Origin: Actinomycetes bacterium
GTDB lineage: Bacteria > Actinomycetota > Actinomycetes > DATJPE01
Direction: 5' to 3'
Length of the DNA stretch: 64,000 nucleotides
NCBI GenBank assembly: GCA_035506535.1
Contig: DATJPE010000063.1
Location: 63,966-127,965, forward strand
The position numbers were made by a program, and so were the translations under genes. Numbering within the stretch: position 1 is the first letter of the stretch; each line of letters starts with the position of its first letter. This document shows positions 9,504 through 18,467 of the stretch, in pieces. Below the pieces are notes generated by a model, which was given only the letters and a program-made list of their open reading frames with translations, did not search any database and was not told where the DNA came from.

Positions 9504-9851
9504 AGCCGCACATGCCACCGACTTCCCGACCCCGTCCCGGGAACGAAGCCCGGGTCGTCCTCGACACTCACGAATCCCGGAACCGAACGTAATCGTCGGT
9601 GACGCATGCGTCGACGACGCCGCGTCAGTGAACGCGCGGCCTGGCGTGGAGCAACAGTCGACGCGGGCCCGCACCATCCGCCGCAAGGCTGCCTCCGGGG
9701 TTCGCCCGCAGAGTCAGTCAATTCACGTTACGCGACCCACTGCCGAACGGCGGGCGCCAGCAAACTCAACGGGGCGGTTCCTTGGCAACCGGCGGCTCTC
9801 AAGCATCGACAGCGGACAGTCGACGTCGAGAGGGTGGCTGGTGTGGTCAGG

Positions 9852-11117
9852 ATGACTCGAGGTTGCCGGGCGCTCCTCGTTGTCGTGCTGGCAGCCGCCA
9901 TGCTCGCGGCGGGCACCGACCACGCTGTGGCTACCGACGGGGCACCCGACGGCCAGCCAGGGGCGTCGGCCGCAGGCTTGCTGCCACTGCCCGCGTGGTG
10001 GCATGGAAAGGTCTGCGACACGGGGCTAAGCCCGGGATCGAAGCCACTGGGCGCGAGCCTGGACGGGGTGATGGCCTGCGGTCCGATGCCCTCGGACGGC
10101 GCGGGCGAGGCATTGGTGCGGTTCCCCGACGGGTGGGGCGAGAAGGAATGGCAGTGCGTCGAGTTGGCGATGCGCTGGCTATACCTGGCCTACGGGGTCA
10201 AGACCTACCAAGCCAACGGCAACCAGGTCGTCAGCCATTATCGGACCGCCTATGGCGGTGGGCTGGTCAAGGTCACCAACGGCACGGTGGGCGAGGCCCC
10301 CGCAACGGGTGACGTCTTGTCCTTCGCGGGCACCACGAGTAACCCATACGGGCACACGGCCGTGGTGATCGGCTCCACCGTTGATGCCTCGGGCAATGGC
10401 GCGATCTCACTCATGGAGCAGAACTTTCACGCTGACGGCAGCGCCACCCTCCCGGTCAAGGGTTGGGTCGTGAAGACGGTGGCCACGGATGGGTCCCGCT
10501 ACCCCGGTGCAGTGTCCTGGCTGCACCATCCTTTGCCGCTTGACCTGACCCTGACGACCTCGTCGGCGCGGCTCGCCACCGGCTCCACGGTCACGGTGAC
10601 CGCCCACGCGGCGCAAGGTGGGCGTCCGCTGGCCGGAGTCTCGGTGCAGCTGATGGCCAGCACCGTCGACGGCACGGAGCTGTTCCTACCCGATGTGACC
10701 ACGGATGCCTCGGGGGACGCAGCGTTCAGTTTTCCCGCAGAGCTGGACACCACATTCAGGGCACATGCTGCCTCGAGCTGGGCTAACCCGGACACCTACT
10801 CCCCGCCCGCCTCGGTCTCGGTGCACGCTCTGGTGTCGATCCGCGTTCCAGCCGCGCGCCCCGCGGCCGGGGACCGGATCCAGATCCATGGCATCGCGAC
10901 ACCTGCGCGTCCGGGTCTGGTGGTCCAGCGGCAGCGGCTGGTCCATGGCAGCTGGGTCACCCTCGCTAGCGCGATCACCGACGCCAAGGGCCGGGTCGTG
11001 TTCGAGATCACTCCAGGCCGCAAACACACCCTGTACACCTACCGGCTGCGGATCCAACCCAGCCCCGGTCTCGGCGGGGCCGTCTCCACCGTGGCCACCG
11101 TCCGCACCCTCAAGTGA
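9852..11117 (+). CDS. Secreted CHAP-domain peptidoglycan hydrolase with a C-terminal beta-rich (Ig-like) domain
   Basis: Signal peptide MTRGCRALLVVVLAAAMLAAG. The catalytic Cys is in QCVELAMRWL and the His in NPYGHTAVVIG, with CHAP-like spacing. The in-frame upstream extension (9606-9851) looks non-coding. Confidence 0.65.
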   Translation: MTRGCRALLVVVLAAAMLAAGTDHAVATDGAPDGQPGASAAGLLPLPAWWHGKVCDTGLSPGSKPLGASLDGVMACGPMPSDGAGEALVRFPDGWGEKEWQCVELAMRWLYLAYGVKTYQANGNQVVSHYRTAYGGGLVKVTNGTVGEAPATGDVLSFAGTTSNPYGHTAVVIGSTVDASGNGAISLMEQNFHADGSATLPVKGWVVKTVATDGSRYPGAVSWLHHPLPLDLTLTTSSARLATGSTVTVTAHAAQGGRPLAGVSVQLMASTVDGTELFLPDVTTDASGDAAFSFPAELDTTFRAHAASSWANPDTYSPPASVSVHALVSIRVPAARPAAGDRIQIHGIATPARPGLVVQRQRLVHGSWVTLASAITDAKGRVVFEITPGRKHTLYTYRLRIQPSPGLGGAVSTVATVRTLK

Positions 11118-11445
11118 GCCGACGTCTGATCGACACGGCTAGTGACGAGCTGATCCACTTCGGAGTCGCATCACGGAGGCGGCGCCGTCACGCCAGCCCA
11201 GGGCGGTCACCGGCCGACACGCCCGGACCTCAAGAGCCCGAGGCGAGCTCTTCAAGCCGGGTCCAGCACTGATTCGACGTCCATCCAGAGCCCTCTGATG
11301 CCAGAACGTGTACCTCGGCTCTCGTGTCGGCCGAACCGGAGTAGTCACGGAAGGTCCTGTGACCACTTCTGTGAGCAGAGCACCCTTTCGGCCACGATGA
11401 AGGCACCCCATCAGGCATGCGACCTGCGGAAACACCTGGGAAGCT

Positions 11446-11535
11446 TGGCGGTGGCGGTGGGATTTGAACCCACGGAGGGGTTGCCCCCTCACACGCTTTC
11501 GAGGCGTGCTCCTTAGGCCGCTCGGACACGCCACC
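11446..11535 (-). tRNA. tRNA-Ser (anticodon CGA), 3' CCA encoded
   Basis: Reverse complement: GGTGGCGTGTCCGAGCGGCCTAAGGAGCACGCCTCGAAAGCGTG-TGAGGGGGCAACCCCTC-CGTGGGTTCAAATCCCACCGCCACC-G-CCA. The cloverleaf has a long variable arm and a CGA anticodon. Confidence 0.85.
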
Positions 11536-11558
11536 GCCGAGGAGGGTACCCGGTCCGC

Positions 11559-12080
11559 TCAGGTGGAGGCAGTCGCGCCCGGGTCCCGCCGGCCCGCGAA
11601 CCACCCTGACAGCACGTGCGCGCACTCAGCTTCCAGCACCCCCGGCACCACCTCGACCTGATGACCGGTACGCCGGTCCCGCACGACGTCCCACACCGAA
11701 CCGGCCGCGCCGGCGTCGGGACTCCACGCCCCCATGACCAGCCGCGAGACACGGGCGAGGACCAGGGCGCCGGCGCACATCGCGCACGGCTCGAGGGTGA
11801 CCACCAGGGTGCAGCCGTCCAGGCGCCAGGTGCCGAGGTTCGCCGCCGCCTCCCGCAACGCGACCACTTCGGCGTGCGCCGTGGGGTCGCCCGACCGCTC
11901 GCGCTCGTTGCGGCCGCGGCCGACGACCCGCCCGTCGCAGGCCACGACGACGGCGCCGACCGGCACCTCGTCCTCCTCGACCGCCCGCCTCGCCTCGGCC
12001 AGGGCCAGGCGCATCCAGGCCTCGTCGGGGGCGTGCACGGCGTCGGCTTCAGCTGCGCCGGCGTCGATGACTTCAGCCAA
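11559..12080 (-). CDS. tadA: tRNA-specific adenosine(34) deaminase TadA
   Basis: Zn-dependent CDA motifs HAEVVAL and PCAMCAGAL are present. The gene sits directly 3' of a tRNA-Ser gene, as is common in actinobacteria. Confidence 0.85.
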   Translation of the reverse strand: MAEVIDAGAAEADAVHAPDEAWMRLALAEARRAVEEDEVPVGAVVVACDGRVVGRGRNERERSGDPTAHAEVVALREAAANLGTWRLDGCTLVVTLEPCAMCAGALVLARVSRLVMGAWSPDAGAAGSVWDVVRDRRTGHQVEVVPGVLEAECAHVLSGWFAGRRDPGATAST

Positions 12081-12573
12081 GGGCTGCGTCGACGATCGTC
12101 TCGTACTGCTCCCCGAAGCCGAGCCGGGTGGCGATGGAGCCGATCTGCTCGTCGGGATAGAGGTCGAGGTCCTCGCACAGCATGGCCAGCTCCATCGCCG
12201 GCAGCCCGAGGTCGGCGAAGATCTCCAGGTCGCCCGCAGGCGTCGACTCCTCCAGCTCCGGACCCTCGGGGGCGCTGAGCCCGAGCCGGACCAGCACCTC
12301 GGCCGCCAGCGGCCAGTCGGGGACGCAGGTCACGTCGGAGAGCAGCAGACGTACCTCCTCGCCGCGCACCCTCGCCGCGACGAAGAAGTCCTCGGCCACC
12401 GACACGAATCCCAGCGTGCCCACCTCGCCGGGCTGCTGGCGCAGGGCGTGGAGGAACGCCTCGAGCTCGGCACCCGTCCGCGGCGGCAGCGGGGAGACCT
12501 GCCAGATCCCGTCCTCGCGGACCGCGGCGATCGCGAAGTCGATCGCGGCATCGTCGAGGGCGCTCGCGTCCAT
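12073..12573 (-). CDS. tRNA adenosine deaminase-associated protein (actinobacterial TadA-neighbour family)
   Basis: 167 aa from ATG 12573 ([31 protein letters not shown]...). It is acidic and overlaps the tadA start by 8 nt. The longer 237-aa N-terminal extension is Pro/Arg-rich and is probably not translated. Confidence 0.55.
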   Translation of the reverse strand: MDASALDDAAIDFAIAAVREDGIWQVSPLPPRTGAELEAFLHALRQQPGEVGTLGFVSVAEDFFVAARVRGEEVRLLLSDVTCVPDWPLAAEVLVRLGLSAPEGPELEESTPAGDLEIFADLGLPAMELAMLCEDLDLYPDEQIGSIATRLGFGEQYETIVDAALG

Positions 12574-12747
12574 GGGGGCATCGTCGCAGACCGCGGGGCG
12601 TCGTGGGCCGGCCGGGCGTACTCCGGTGGAGGATTCCGGGGCTGGGAGGACGGCCGGGGTCGGAGCCGGCCGGAGTGGATCTGGCGCCGGCCCCCGGCGA
12701 GCCCGGCGCGCTCCGAGACCCGGTCCGGCGGTGGATACGCTCCGGGG

Positions 12748-13383
12748 ATGCGGACCCTGGTCGTGGACCATCCCCTGGTCGCGCACAAGCTGACCAGCCT
12801 GCGCGACGAACGTACCGACTCGCCGACGTTTCGGCGGCTGGCCGACGAGCTGGTCACGCTGCTGGCCTACGAGGCGACCCGTGAGGTCCGTACCGTCGCC
12901 AAGAAGGTGCGAACGCCCGTCGGGGACGCGACCGGGGTACGTCTCGCGCAGCCGAAGCCGCTGGTCGTCCCGATCCTGCGAGCGGGGCTGGGCATGCTCG
13001 ACGGGATGGTGCGCCTGCTGCCCACGGCCGAGGTGGGCTTCCTCGGCATGGTGCGCGACGAGGCGACGCTGACGGCGTCGACGTACGCCAACCGCATCCC
13101 CGACGACCTGTCGCAGCGGCAGTGCTACGTGCTGGACCCGATGCTGGCCACCGGGGGGACGCTCATCGCGGCCGTCCGCCTGCTGCTCGGCCGGGGCGCT
13201 CGGGACGTGACGGCGATCTGCCTACTCGCCGCACCGGAGGGGCTGGTGGCGCTGGAGGAGGAGTTCGGCGCCGACGTACCGCTGCACGTCGTCATGGCCG
13301 GCCTGGACGAGCGCCTCAACGAGAAGGGCTACATCGTCCCCGGGCTCGGCGACGCCGGTGACCGCCTCTACGGCGTGGTCTGA
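12748..13383 (+). CDS. upp: Uracil phosphoribosyltransferase
   Basis: [20 protein letters not shown]... carries the PRPP-binding motif ([12 protein letters not shown]). It is the last 212 codons of ORF 11734..13383; the rest of that ORF is an artefact. Confidence 0.85.
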   Translation: MRTLVVDHPLVAHKLTSLRDERTDSPTFRRLADELVTLLAYEATREVRTVAKKVRTPVGDATGVRLAQPKPLVVPILRAGLGMLDGMVRLLPTAEVGFLGMVRDEATLTASTYANRIPDDLSQRQCYVLDPMLATGGTLIAAVRLLLGRGARDVTAICLLAAPEGLVALEEEFGADVPLHVVMAGLDERLNEKGYIVPGLGDAGDRLYGVV

Positions 13384-13396
13384 CCCCCCGTCCCTT

Positions 13397-13453
13397 TTGC
13401 AATGAACGCGGCGTTCCTCCAATAGGTTCGACTGAACGCCGCGTTCATTCCAA
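13397..13453. repeat. Double-palindrome intergenic repeat, copy A (TTGCAATGAACGCGGCGTTC-cTCCAATAGGTtCGACT-GAACGCCGCGTTCATTCCAA)
   Basis: Arms of 17-20 bp are nearly perfect inverted repeats. The element is flanked by a C-run and a G-run. It lies in the convergent spacer between upp and pntB. It is one of 9 copies in the window. Confidence 0.8.
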
Positions 13454-13474
13454 GAGAAGCGGGGGGACGGGCGG

Positions 13475-14854
13475 CTACAGGCCCTTGACGGCGGCGACGA
13501 CCTTGGTGAGGGAGTCCTTGGCGTCACCGAAGAGCAGGGTGGTGTTCGGTTGGTACAGCAGCTCGTTGTCGATGCCGGCGAAGCCGGGGCGCATCGAGCG
13601 CTTGAGGAAGACCACGTTCGCCGCCTGCGCGACGTCGAGGATCGGCATGCCGTAGATCGGGCAGCCAGGGTCGGTACGGGCCGCCGGGTTGACGACGTCG
13701 TTGGCTCCCACGACGAGCGCGACATCCGTCGATGCCAGCTGCGGGTTGACCTCCTCGGCCTCGTGCAGCGCCTCGTAGGGGACGTTCGCCTCGGCCAGCA
13801 GGACGTTCATGTGGCCGGGCATGCGGCCGGCCACCGGGTGGATGCCGTAGATGACGTCGACGCCGCGTTCCCCGAGCAGGTCGGCGAGCTCGCGCAGGGC
13901 GTGCTGGCCCTGGGCGACGGCCAGGCCGTACCCGGGGACGATGACCACCCTGCGGGCGTACCCGAGCAGGATGGCGACGTCCTCCGGGCTGCCCGAGCGG
14001 ACCGGGCGGTCGCTCACCGTTCCGCCACCGATCGTCGAGGCGCCGGAGAACGCACCGAACAGGGTCTTGGTCAGAGGGCGCCCCATGGCCGTGGCCATCA
14101 TCCGGGTCAGCAGCGTGCCGGAGGCCCCGACGAGGGTGCCGGCCACGAGGAGCAGCACGTTGTTCAGGACGTAGCCGCTCGCGGCCACGCTGAGGCCGGT
14201 GAAGGCGTTGAGCAGTGAGATGACGATGGGTACGTCGGCGCCGCCGACGGGCAGCACGAACAGCACACCCAGCACCAGCGAGACCAGCGCCAGGGCGACC
14301 AGTACGGCCATCGACCTCGAAGGCACCACGGCGACCGCGAGCGCCACGGCAGCGAGGGCGACCCCGATCGAGACCCAGCGCCCGAACGGCACGACGACTG
14401 GGCGGGTCGTGATGAGCTCCTGCAGCTTGAGGAAGGTGACCACCGAGCCGCTGAACGAGACGGACCCGACGAGCACGGTGAACGCGCTCGCCGCGAGGTA
14501 GCGGCTCGAGGCGTGGGACCCGCCGTCGTCGAACTCGATGAGGGCGACGAGTGCGGCAGCGGCTCCACCAACGCCGTTGAACATGGCGACCAGCTGGGGC
14601 ATCGCGGTCATCGCCACGCGGCGGGCCGCCGGGACGGCCACTGCCGCGCCCACGGCGATCGCGACGAGGACGAGCAAGAGGTGCTGGGCGTCGAGGTCCT
14701 CGTGAACGATCGTCACGATGACGGCGAGCGCCGCGCCCGCAGCGCCGATCAGGTTGCCGTTGCGGGCCGTCCTCGGCGAGGAGAGCCCCTTGAGGGCGAG
14801 GATGAAGCAGACGGCTGCGACCAGGTACAGCAGCCGGACCCACGTGTCGCTCAC
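13475..14854 (-). CDS. pntB: NAD(P) transhydrogenase subunit beta
   Basis: 459 aa. The N-terminus is polytopic and the C-terminal domain III is an NADP(H)-binding domain (GYGLAVAQGQH..., GANDVVNPAA). Confidence 0.9.
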   Translation of the reverse strand: MSDTWVRLLYLVAAVCFILALKGLSSPRTARNGNLIGAAGAALAVIVTIVHEDLDAQHLLLVLVAIAVGAAVAVPAARRVAMTAMPQLVAMFNGVGGAAAALVALIEFDDGGSHASSRYLAASAFTVLVGSVSFSGSVVTFLKLQELITTRPVVVPFGRWVSIGVALAAVALAVAVVPSRSMAVLVALALVSLVLGVLFVLPVGGADVPIVISLLNAFTGLSVAASGYVLNNVLLLVAGTLVGASGTLLTRMMATAMGRPLTKTLFGAFSGASTIGGGTVSDRPVRSGSPEDVAILLGYARRVVIVPGYGLAVAQGQHALRELADLLGERGVDVIYGIHPVAGRMPGHMNVLLAEANVPYEALHEAEEVNPQLASTDVALVVGANDVVNPAARTDPGCPIYGMPILDVAQAANVVFLKRSMRPGFAGIDNELLYQPNTTLLFGDAKDSLTKVVAAVKGL

Positions 14855-15162
14855 GCCTGAGGTCTCCCGTCCGGGGTGGCCTTGGGCGCCTGTCTCGGCT
14901 TGAACATCTGCAGCATCCGGTCGGTGACCACGAAGCCCCCGACCATGTTCACCGTGGCCAGTACGACGGCCACCAGTCCGAGCCCGAGCTCGAGGCCGTG
15001 CGCGTGACCGGTGACCACGATCGCCCCGACGAGGATCACGCCATGGATGGCGTTGGCGCCCGACATCAGCGGGGTGTGCAGGGTCGTCGAGACCTTCGAG
15101 ATGACCTCGAAGCCGACGAACACCGAGAGCACGAAGACCGTGAGCAGGCCGATGCCGTCCAT
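14851..15162 (-). CDS. pntAB: NAD(P) transhydrogenase subunit alpha part 2 (membrane segment)
   Basis: About 103 aa from ATG 15162 (MDGIGLLTVFVLSVFVGFEVISKV...). There is an ATGA overlap with the pntAA stop and a 4-nt overlap with the pntB start. Confidence 0.8.
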   Translation of the reverse strand: MDGIGLLTVFVLSVFVGFEVISKVSTTLHTPLMSGANAIHGVILVGAIVVTGHAHGLELGLGLVAVVLATVNMVGGFVVTDRMLQMFKPRQAPKATPDGRPQA

Positions 15163-16289
15163 CAGGCGGGGTCCTCCCCGGGCAGGGTGATTCCGTCGCG
15201 CAACGTCCCGTCCCGGGTCACCCAGGACCCGGCCACGATCTCGTCCTCCCACCGGGGCGCGAGCGAGCCGTCCTCGCCGGCCAGCAGCGCGAGGAGCGCG
15301 AAGACGTTCGCGGAGTACAGCTTGGCGGCGTGTACGGGCAGCTGCGAGGCGACGTCCCGCGCGCCCCACACCAGCACGCCGTGGTGGTCGACCTCCTCGC
15401 CGGGGCGCGAGACGTCGCAGTTGCCGCCGCTCTCGGCGGCGAGGTCGACGACGACCGACCCGGGCTTCATCCCGGCGACCATGTCGCCGGTCACCAGCAG
15501 CGGGGCGCGGCGCCCGGGGACGGCCGCGGTGAGGATGAGGGCGTCGGCGGCAGCGACGTACGGCGCCAGCAGCTCGCGCTGCCGCTGCGCGCGGTCCTCG
15601 GTCATCTCCCGGGCGTACCCCCCGGCGCCCTCCAGGGAGTCCAGGTCGAGCTCGACGAACGTCGCGCCCATGGAGCGGACCTCCTCGGCCGCCGCGGCCC
15701 GCACGTCGTAGGCCTCAACGACGGCGCCGAGCCGCCGGGCGGTCGCGATCGCCTGCAGGCCGGCCACGCCGGCACCCAGGACGAGCACCTTGGCGGGCGG
15801 GACGGTGCCCGCGGCGGTCATGAGGAGCGGGAAGAAGCGCGGCAGCCGGTCCGCGGCGACCAGCGCCGAGCGATAGCCGGTCACCAGGGCCTGGGAGGAC
15901 AGCGCGTCCATCGACTGGGCGCGCGAGATCCGGGGCAACAGCTCGAAGGCGAAGCTGGTGACGCCGCGCGCGAGCGCGGCGCGTACGGCTGCCGGCTCGC
16001 CGGTCGGCGAGCAGAAGCCGAGCGTCACGCCGGTCGGGGCCAGCCGCGCGATGCGCGCGGGGTCCAGGGCGGCGACGTGGACGACGACGTCGGCGGCGAG
16101 CGCCTCGGCCTCGTCGCAGGGGTGCGCGCCCGCGGCGACGTAGGCGTCGTCGTCCGCGAGGGCTGCCCGGCCGGCCCCGCGCTCGACGGCGACCTCGTGA
16201 CCGTCCTTCACCAGCCGCTGGACGTGCTCGGGCACGAGGGCGACCCGGCGCTCGCCCGGGCGCGACTCGGCGGGGACCCCGATCCTCAT
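15162..16289 (-). CDS. pntAA: NAD(P) transhydrogenase subunit alpha part 1 (NAD(H)-binding domain I)
   Basis: 375 aa. Alanine dehydrogenase/PNT N- and C-domains with a Rossmann GxGxxG motif (VLVLGAGVAGLQA). Confidence 0.9.
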   Translation of the reverse strand: MRIGVPAESRPGERRVALVPEHVQRLVKDGHEVAVERGAGRAALADDDAYVAAGAHPCDEAEALAADVVVHVAALDPARIARLAPTGVTLGFCSPTGEPAAVRAALARGVTSFAFELLPRISRAQSMDALSSQALVTGYRSALVAADRLPRFFPLLMTAAGTVPPAKVLVLGAGVAGLQAIATARRLGAVVEAYDVRAAAAEEVRSMGATFVELDLDSLEGAGGYAREMTEDRAQRQRELLAPYVAAADALILTAAVPGRRAPLLVTGDMVAGMKPGSVVVDLAAESGGNCDVSRPGEEVDHHGVLVWGARDVASQLPVHAAKLYSANVFALLALLAGEDGSLAPRWEDEIVAGSWVTRDGTLRDGITLPGEDPA

Positions 16290-16436
16290 CGCGGACTCTC
16301 CACCCGGGTGGCGGATCGCTCGAGGGCGCTCATCCCGACCTCATGCGCGCACCCTAGGCGACGCGGGTGCCGAGATCGCGGAGGGGTCGCCGGGCGGCGG
16401 GAACCCGGCGGGCGTACGGCCAGGACTGGGAGGAGG

Positions 16437-17864
16437 TCAGTCCCGGCCGTACGACCGCTCGGCGGACGCCCGGAGGGGGTCAGGCTCGGCGGTGATGCCG
16501 GCCTGGTCGAGCGCCCGTTCGAGACAGACCAGCGCGGCCTGCTCGTCCCCCAGCCGACGCAGCACGTCGGCTGAGTGTCGCCACGCCAGCGCGGTCACGC
16601 GGGAGGGCGGCAGCCCGGCGAGGGCTTCCACCGCCTCTCCTACGTGCTCGCGGGCGAGGCTGTGATCCCCGGTCACGGTCCATGCGTCCGCCGCGGCGAG
16701 GCTGGCGGAGACGCTCTCGACGCGGTGTCCCGCGGAGAGCAGGGCAGCGGCCTCGGTGGCCTCCGCGAGGGCGGCTTCGGCGTCCCCGAGCATCAGGAGC
16801 GCACGCGAGAGCTCGGTGTGCGCGTAGGCCCGGTCGGTGACCGTGCCGTGCTCATGCAGGGTGACCGCCGCGTCGCGAAGCAGCCCGACCGCGCGGGACA
16901 CCTGCGGGGGCTGCGAGCGCAGCAGCACCCAGGCGAAGGCGACCCTGGCCCGCGCGAGGTTGCGCTCGTTGTCCTGGTCGGCCAGCAGGCTCACCGCACG
17001 CTCGGCCCACGACAGCGCCTTGTCGAGGTGCCCGCGGCGCTGCGCGAGCAGGCTGGCGTTCCAGTACGCCGCCGCTCGCGCGCGCGGACTGCCCAGCCGG
17101 TCCGCCGCCTGCAGGAGGTCCTCGGCGAGCTGGGCCGCTCGGGCGGCGTCGCCGCGTCGCTCGTAGCAGCCGACGAGGGTTGACACGAGCTCGGCGTGCT
17201 CGGCGGTGCCGTCCAGCCCCTGCTCGCGGGCCGCCGCCAGGGCGCTCTCGGCGACGTCCACCGCCCGGTGCAGGTCCCCGATCTCGGCCGAGCACCGGGC
17301 CGCCGTCACCGCGGCGGGCAGCCACAGGGGGTGGTCGGGGCGCAGGTCGTCGCGCAGGTGCTCCAGGTCGACCAGCGCCTCCTCGAGGCGGCCCTCGGCC
17401 TCCAGCGCACGGACGCGGCCCCATCGGGCCCGCTCGACCAGGCCCAGGCGCACCCGGTCGCGGCCGGGACCCCCGGCCTCGGCCGCGTCCGGGTGCCGGG
17501 CCAGCCGCTCTCCCGCCGCGGCGAAGGCGTCGACGGCGGCGTGCGCCTCACCGGAGCGCAGGGCGAGCTCGGCGTAGTCGAGCTCGAGTCTGGACTCCCG
17601 CAGCTCGGGGTCCTCGACCCCGGTCAGGAGGGTCTCGACCGAGACCCCGAGGAGGCCGGAGAGGGCGGCGAGGACCGGTGGAGTCGGCTGGCGACGGCCG
17701 GACTCCAGCAAGGAGACGTAGCTGGCCGAGACCCCCGGGCAGACCAGATCGGACTGCAGCAGACCCCGCTCCGTGCGCAGGTGGCGCAACCGCGCCCCGA
17801 AGGACTCCTCCATTCGGGCGAAGCCTGGTGGACGGTCTGTAGCCTTCCCGCCTCCCCGTGTCAT
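16437..17864 (-). CDS. XRE-family HTH transcriptional regulator with a large C-terminal TPR-like helical-repeat domain (RNPP/PlcR-like architecture)
   Basis: HTH_XRE at the N-terminus (FGARLRHLRTERGLLQSDLV...VSASYVSLLESGRRQPT) is followed by about 400 aa of Ala/Leu-rich helical repeats. ATG 17864 is preferred because it follows an AGGTGAG RBS. The ORF's upstream extension to 18002 lacks an RBS. Confidence 0.7.
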   Translation of the reverse strand: MTRGGGKATDRPPGFARMEESFGARLRHLRTERGLLQSDLVCPGVSASYVSLLESGRRQPTPPVLAALSGLLGVSVETLLTGVEDPELRESRLELDYAELALRSGEAHAAVDAFAAAGERLARHPDAAEAGGPGRDRVRLGLVERARWGRVRALEAEGRLEEALVDLEHLRDDLRPDHPLWLPAAVTAARCSAEIGDLHRAVDVAESALAAAREQGLDGTAEHAELVSTLVGCYERRGDAARAAQLAEDLLQAADRLGSPRARAAAYWNASLLAQRRGHLDKALSWAERAVSLLADQDNERNLARARVAFAWVLLRSQPPQVSRAVGLLRDAAVTLHEHGTVTDRAYAHTELSRALLMLGDAEAALAEATEAAALLSAGHRVESVSASLAAADAWTVTGDHSLAREHVGEAVEALAGLPPSRVTALAWRHSADVLRRLGDEQAALVCLERALDQAGITAEPDPLRASAERSYGRD

Positions 17865-17896
17865 ATTCTCACCTGACTGCACATGACACATGACAC
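17858..17896. promoter_or_regulatory. Operator-like heptamer repeats GTGTCAT-N18-ATGACAC-ATGACAC in the 52-bp divergent spacer between the XRE/TPR regulator and the small peptide gene
   Basis: The inverted repeat GTGTCAT/ATGACAC plus a tandem third copy overlaps the regulator start codon and precedes the peptide gene RBS. Confidence 0.4.
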
Positions 17897-17916
17897 CACA
17901 GACCTCGGGAGATGTC

Positions 17917-18060
17917 ATGAAGCGCCGCCTGATCGCAGTAGTGGCCGTGTCGGCCGTCGCGGTCCTCGGCTTCCCGTCGATGGCCTCGGCCACGACGGCC
18001 AAGCCGCACGTGACTCATGCGGTGCACACGCTCATGGCCGGCCCGCCGTTCTGCTGCTGA
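17917..18060 (+). CDS. Small secreted peptide precursor (47 aa; Sec signal peptide, then a His-rich 22-aa mature peptide ending in FCC). It is absent from the ORF track because it is under 60 aa.
   Basis: ATG 17917 follows GGGAGATGTC. Translation: MKRRLIAVVAVSAVAVLGFPSMASA|TTAKPHVTHAVHTLMAGPPFCC*. The n/h/c regions of the signal peptide are canonical, with an AxA cleavage site. It is divergent from the XRE/TPR regulator. Confidence 0.4.
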   Translation: MKRRLIAVVAVSAVAVLGFPSMASATTAKPHVTHAVHTLMAGPPFCC

Positions 18061-18139
18061 CGGCGTGGCCAGCACCTACCGGACCCGTACCGCGTCGCCC
18101 GTGACCGGCCGACGCGTCCAGACCATCGAAAGGCATCCC

Positions 18140-18418
18140 ATGGCGACCAGGACCCAGCCTCGCGTCCCCCAACCTCGGGTCACGGGCGGGACCGCTGTCG
18201 CCCCAGCACCGGCCTGCGCCGCCGACGCCCCATGGGCAGCGCTGACCGAGGACGAGCACGCCGAGCTCGTGCGCCTGCGCGCCGAGAAGGCGCAGCTGCA
18301 GAACCGGGTCCATGACCTGAACCTGGAGCTCACGCTCGTCAAGGCCGCCGCCGCCCTCTTCGTCGGAGAGCACGGTCGGCTCGGCCCCAGACACCTCGCC
18401 GCTCCCGAGGTGGCCTGA
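18140..18418 (+). CDS. Hypothetical small protein (92 aa) with a Pro-rich N-terminus and a predicted coiled-coil (EHAELVRLRAEKAQLQNRVHDLNLELTLVKAAAA)
   Basis: ATG 18140 follows GAAAGG. It is co-oriented with the peptide gene and ends 50 nt before a strong terminator. The call rests on coding potential only. Confidence 0.35.
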   Translation: MATRTQPRVPQPRVTGGTAVAPAPACAADAPWAALTEDEHAELVRLRAEKAQLQNRVHDLNLELTLVKAAAALFVGEHGRLGPRHLAAPEVA

Positions 18419-18467
18419 CCGTCCCCCCCGGTCGGGTACCGCGGCGTCGCGTCCGGTGTGCCCGAGG

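Noticed and set aside
11139-11625. Two 131-aa minus-strand ORFs
   Set aside because: They overlap the tRNA-Ser(CGA) gene and have low-complexity composition. The tRNA cloverleaf explains the sequence.
13524-14843. 439-aa ORF in an alternate frame of pntB
   Set aside because: It is Arg-rich junk. The same-strand frame carrying the PntB motifs (13475..14854) is clearly the real gene.
15330-16574. 414-aa plus-strand ORF
   Set aside because: It is antisense to pntAA and has a Gly/Arg/Asp-rich low-complexity translation.
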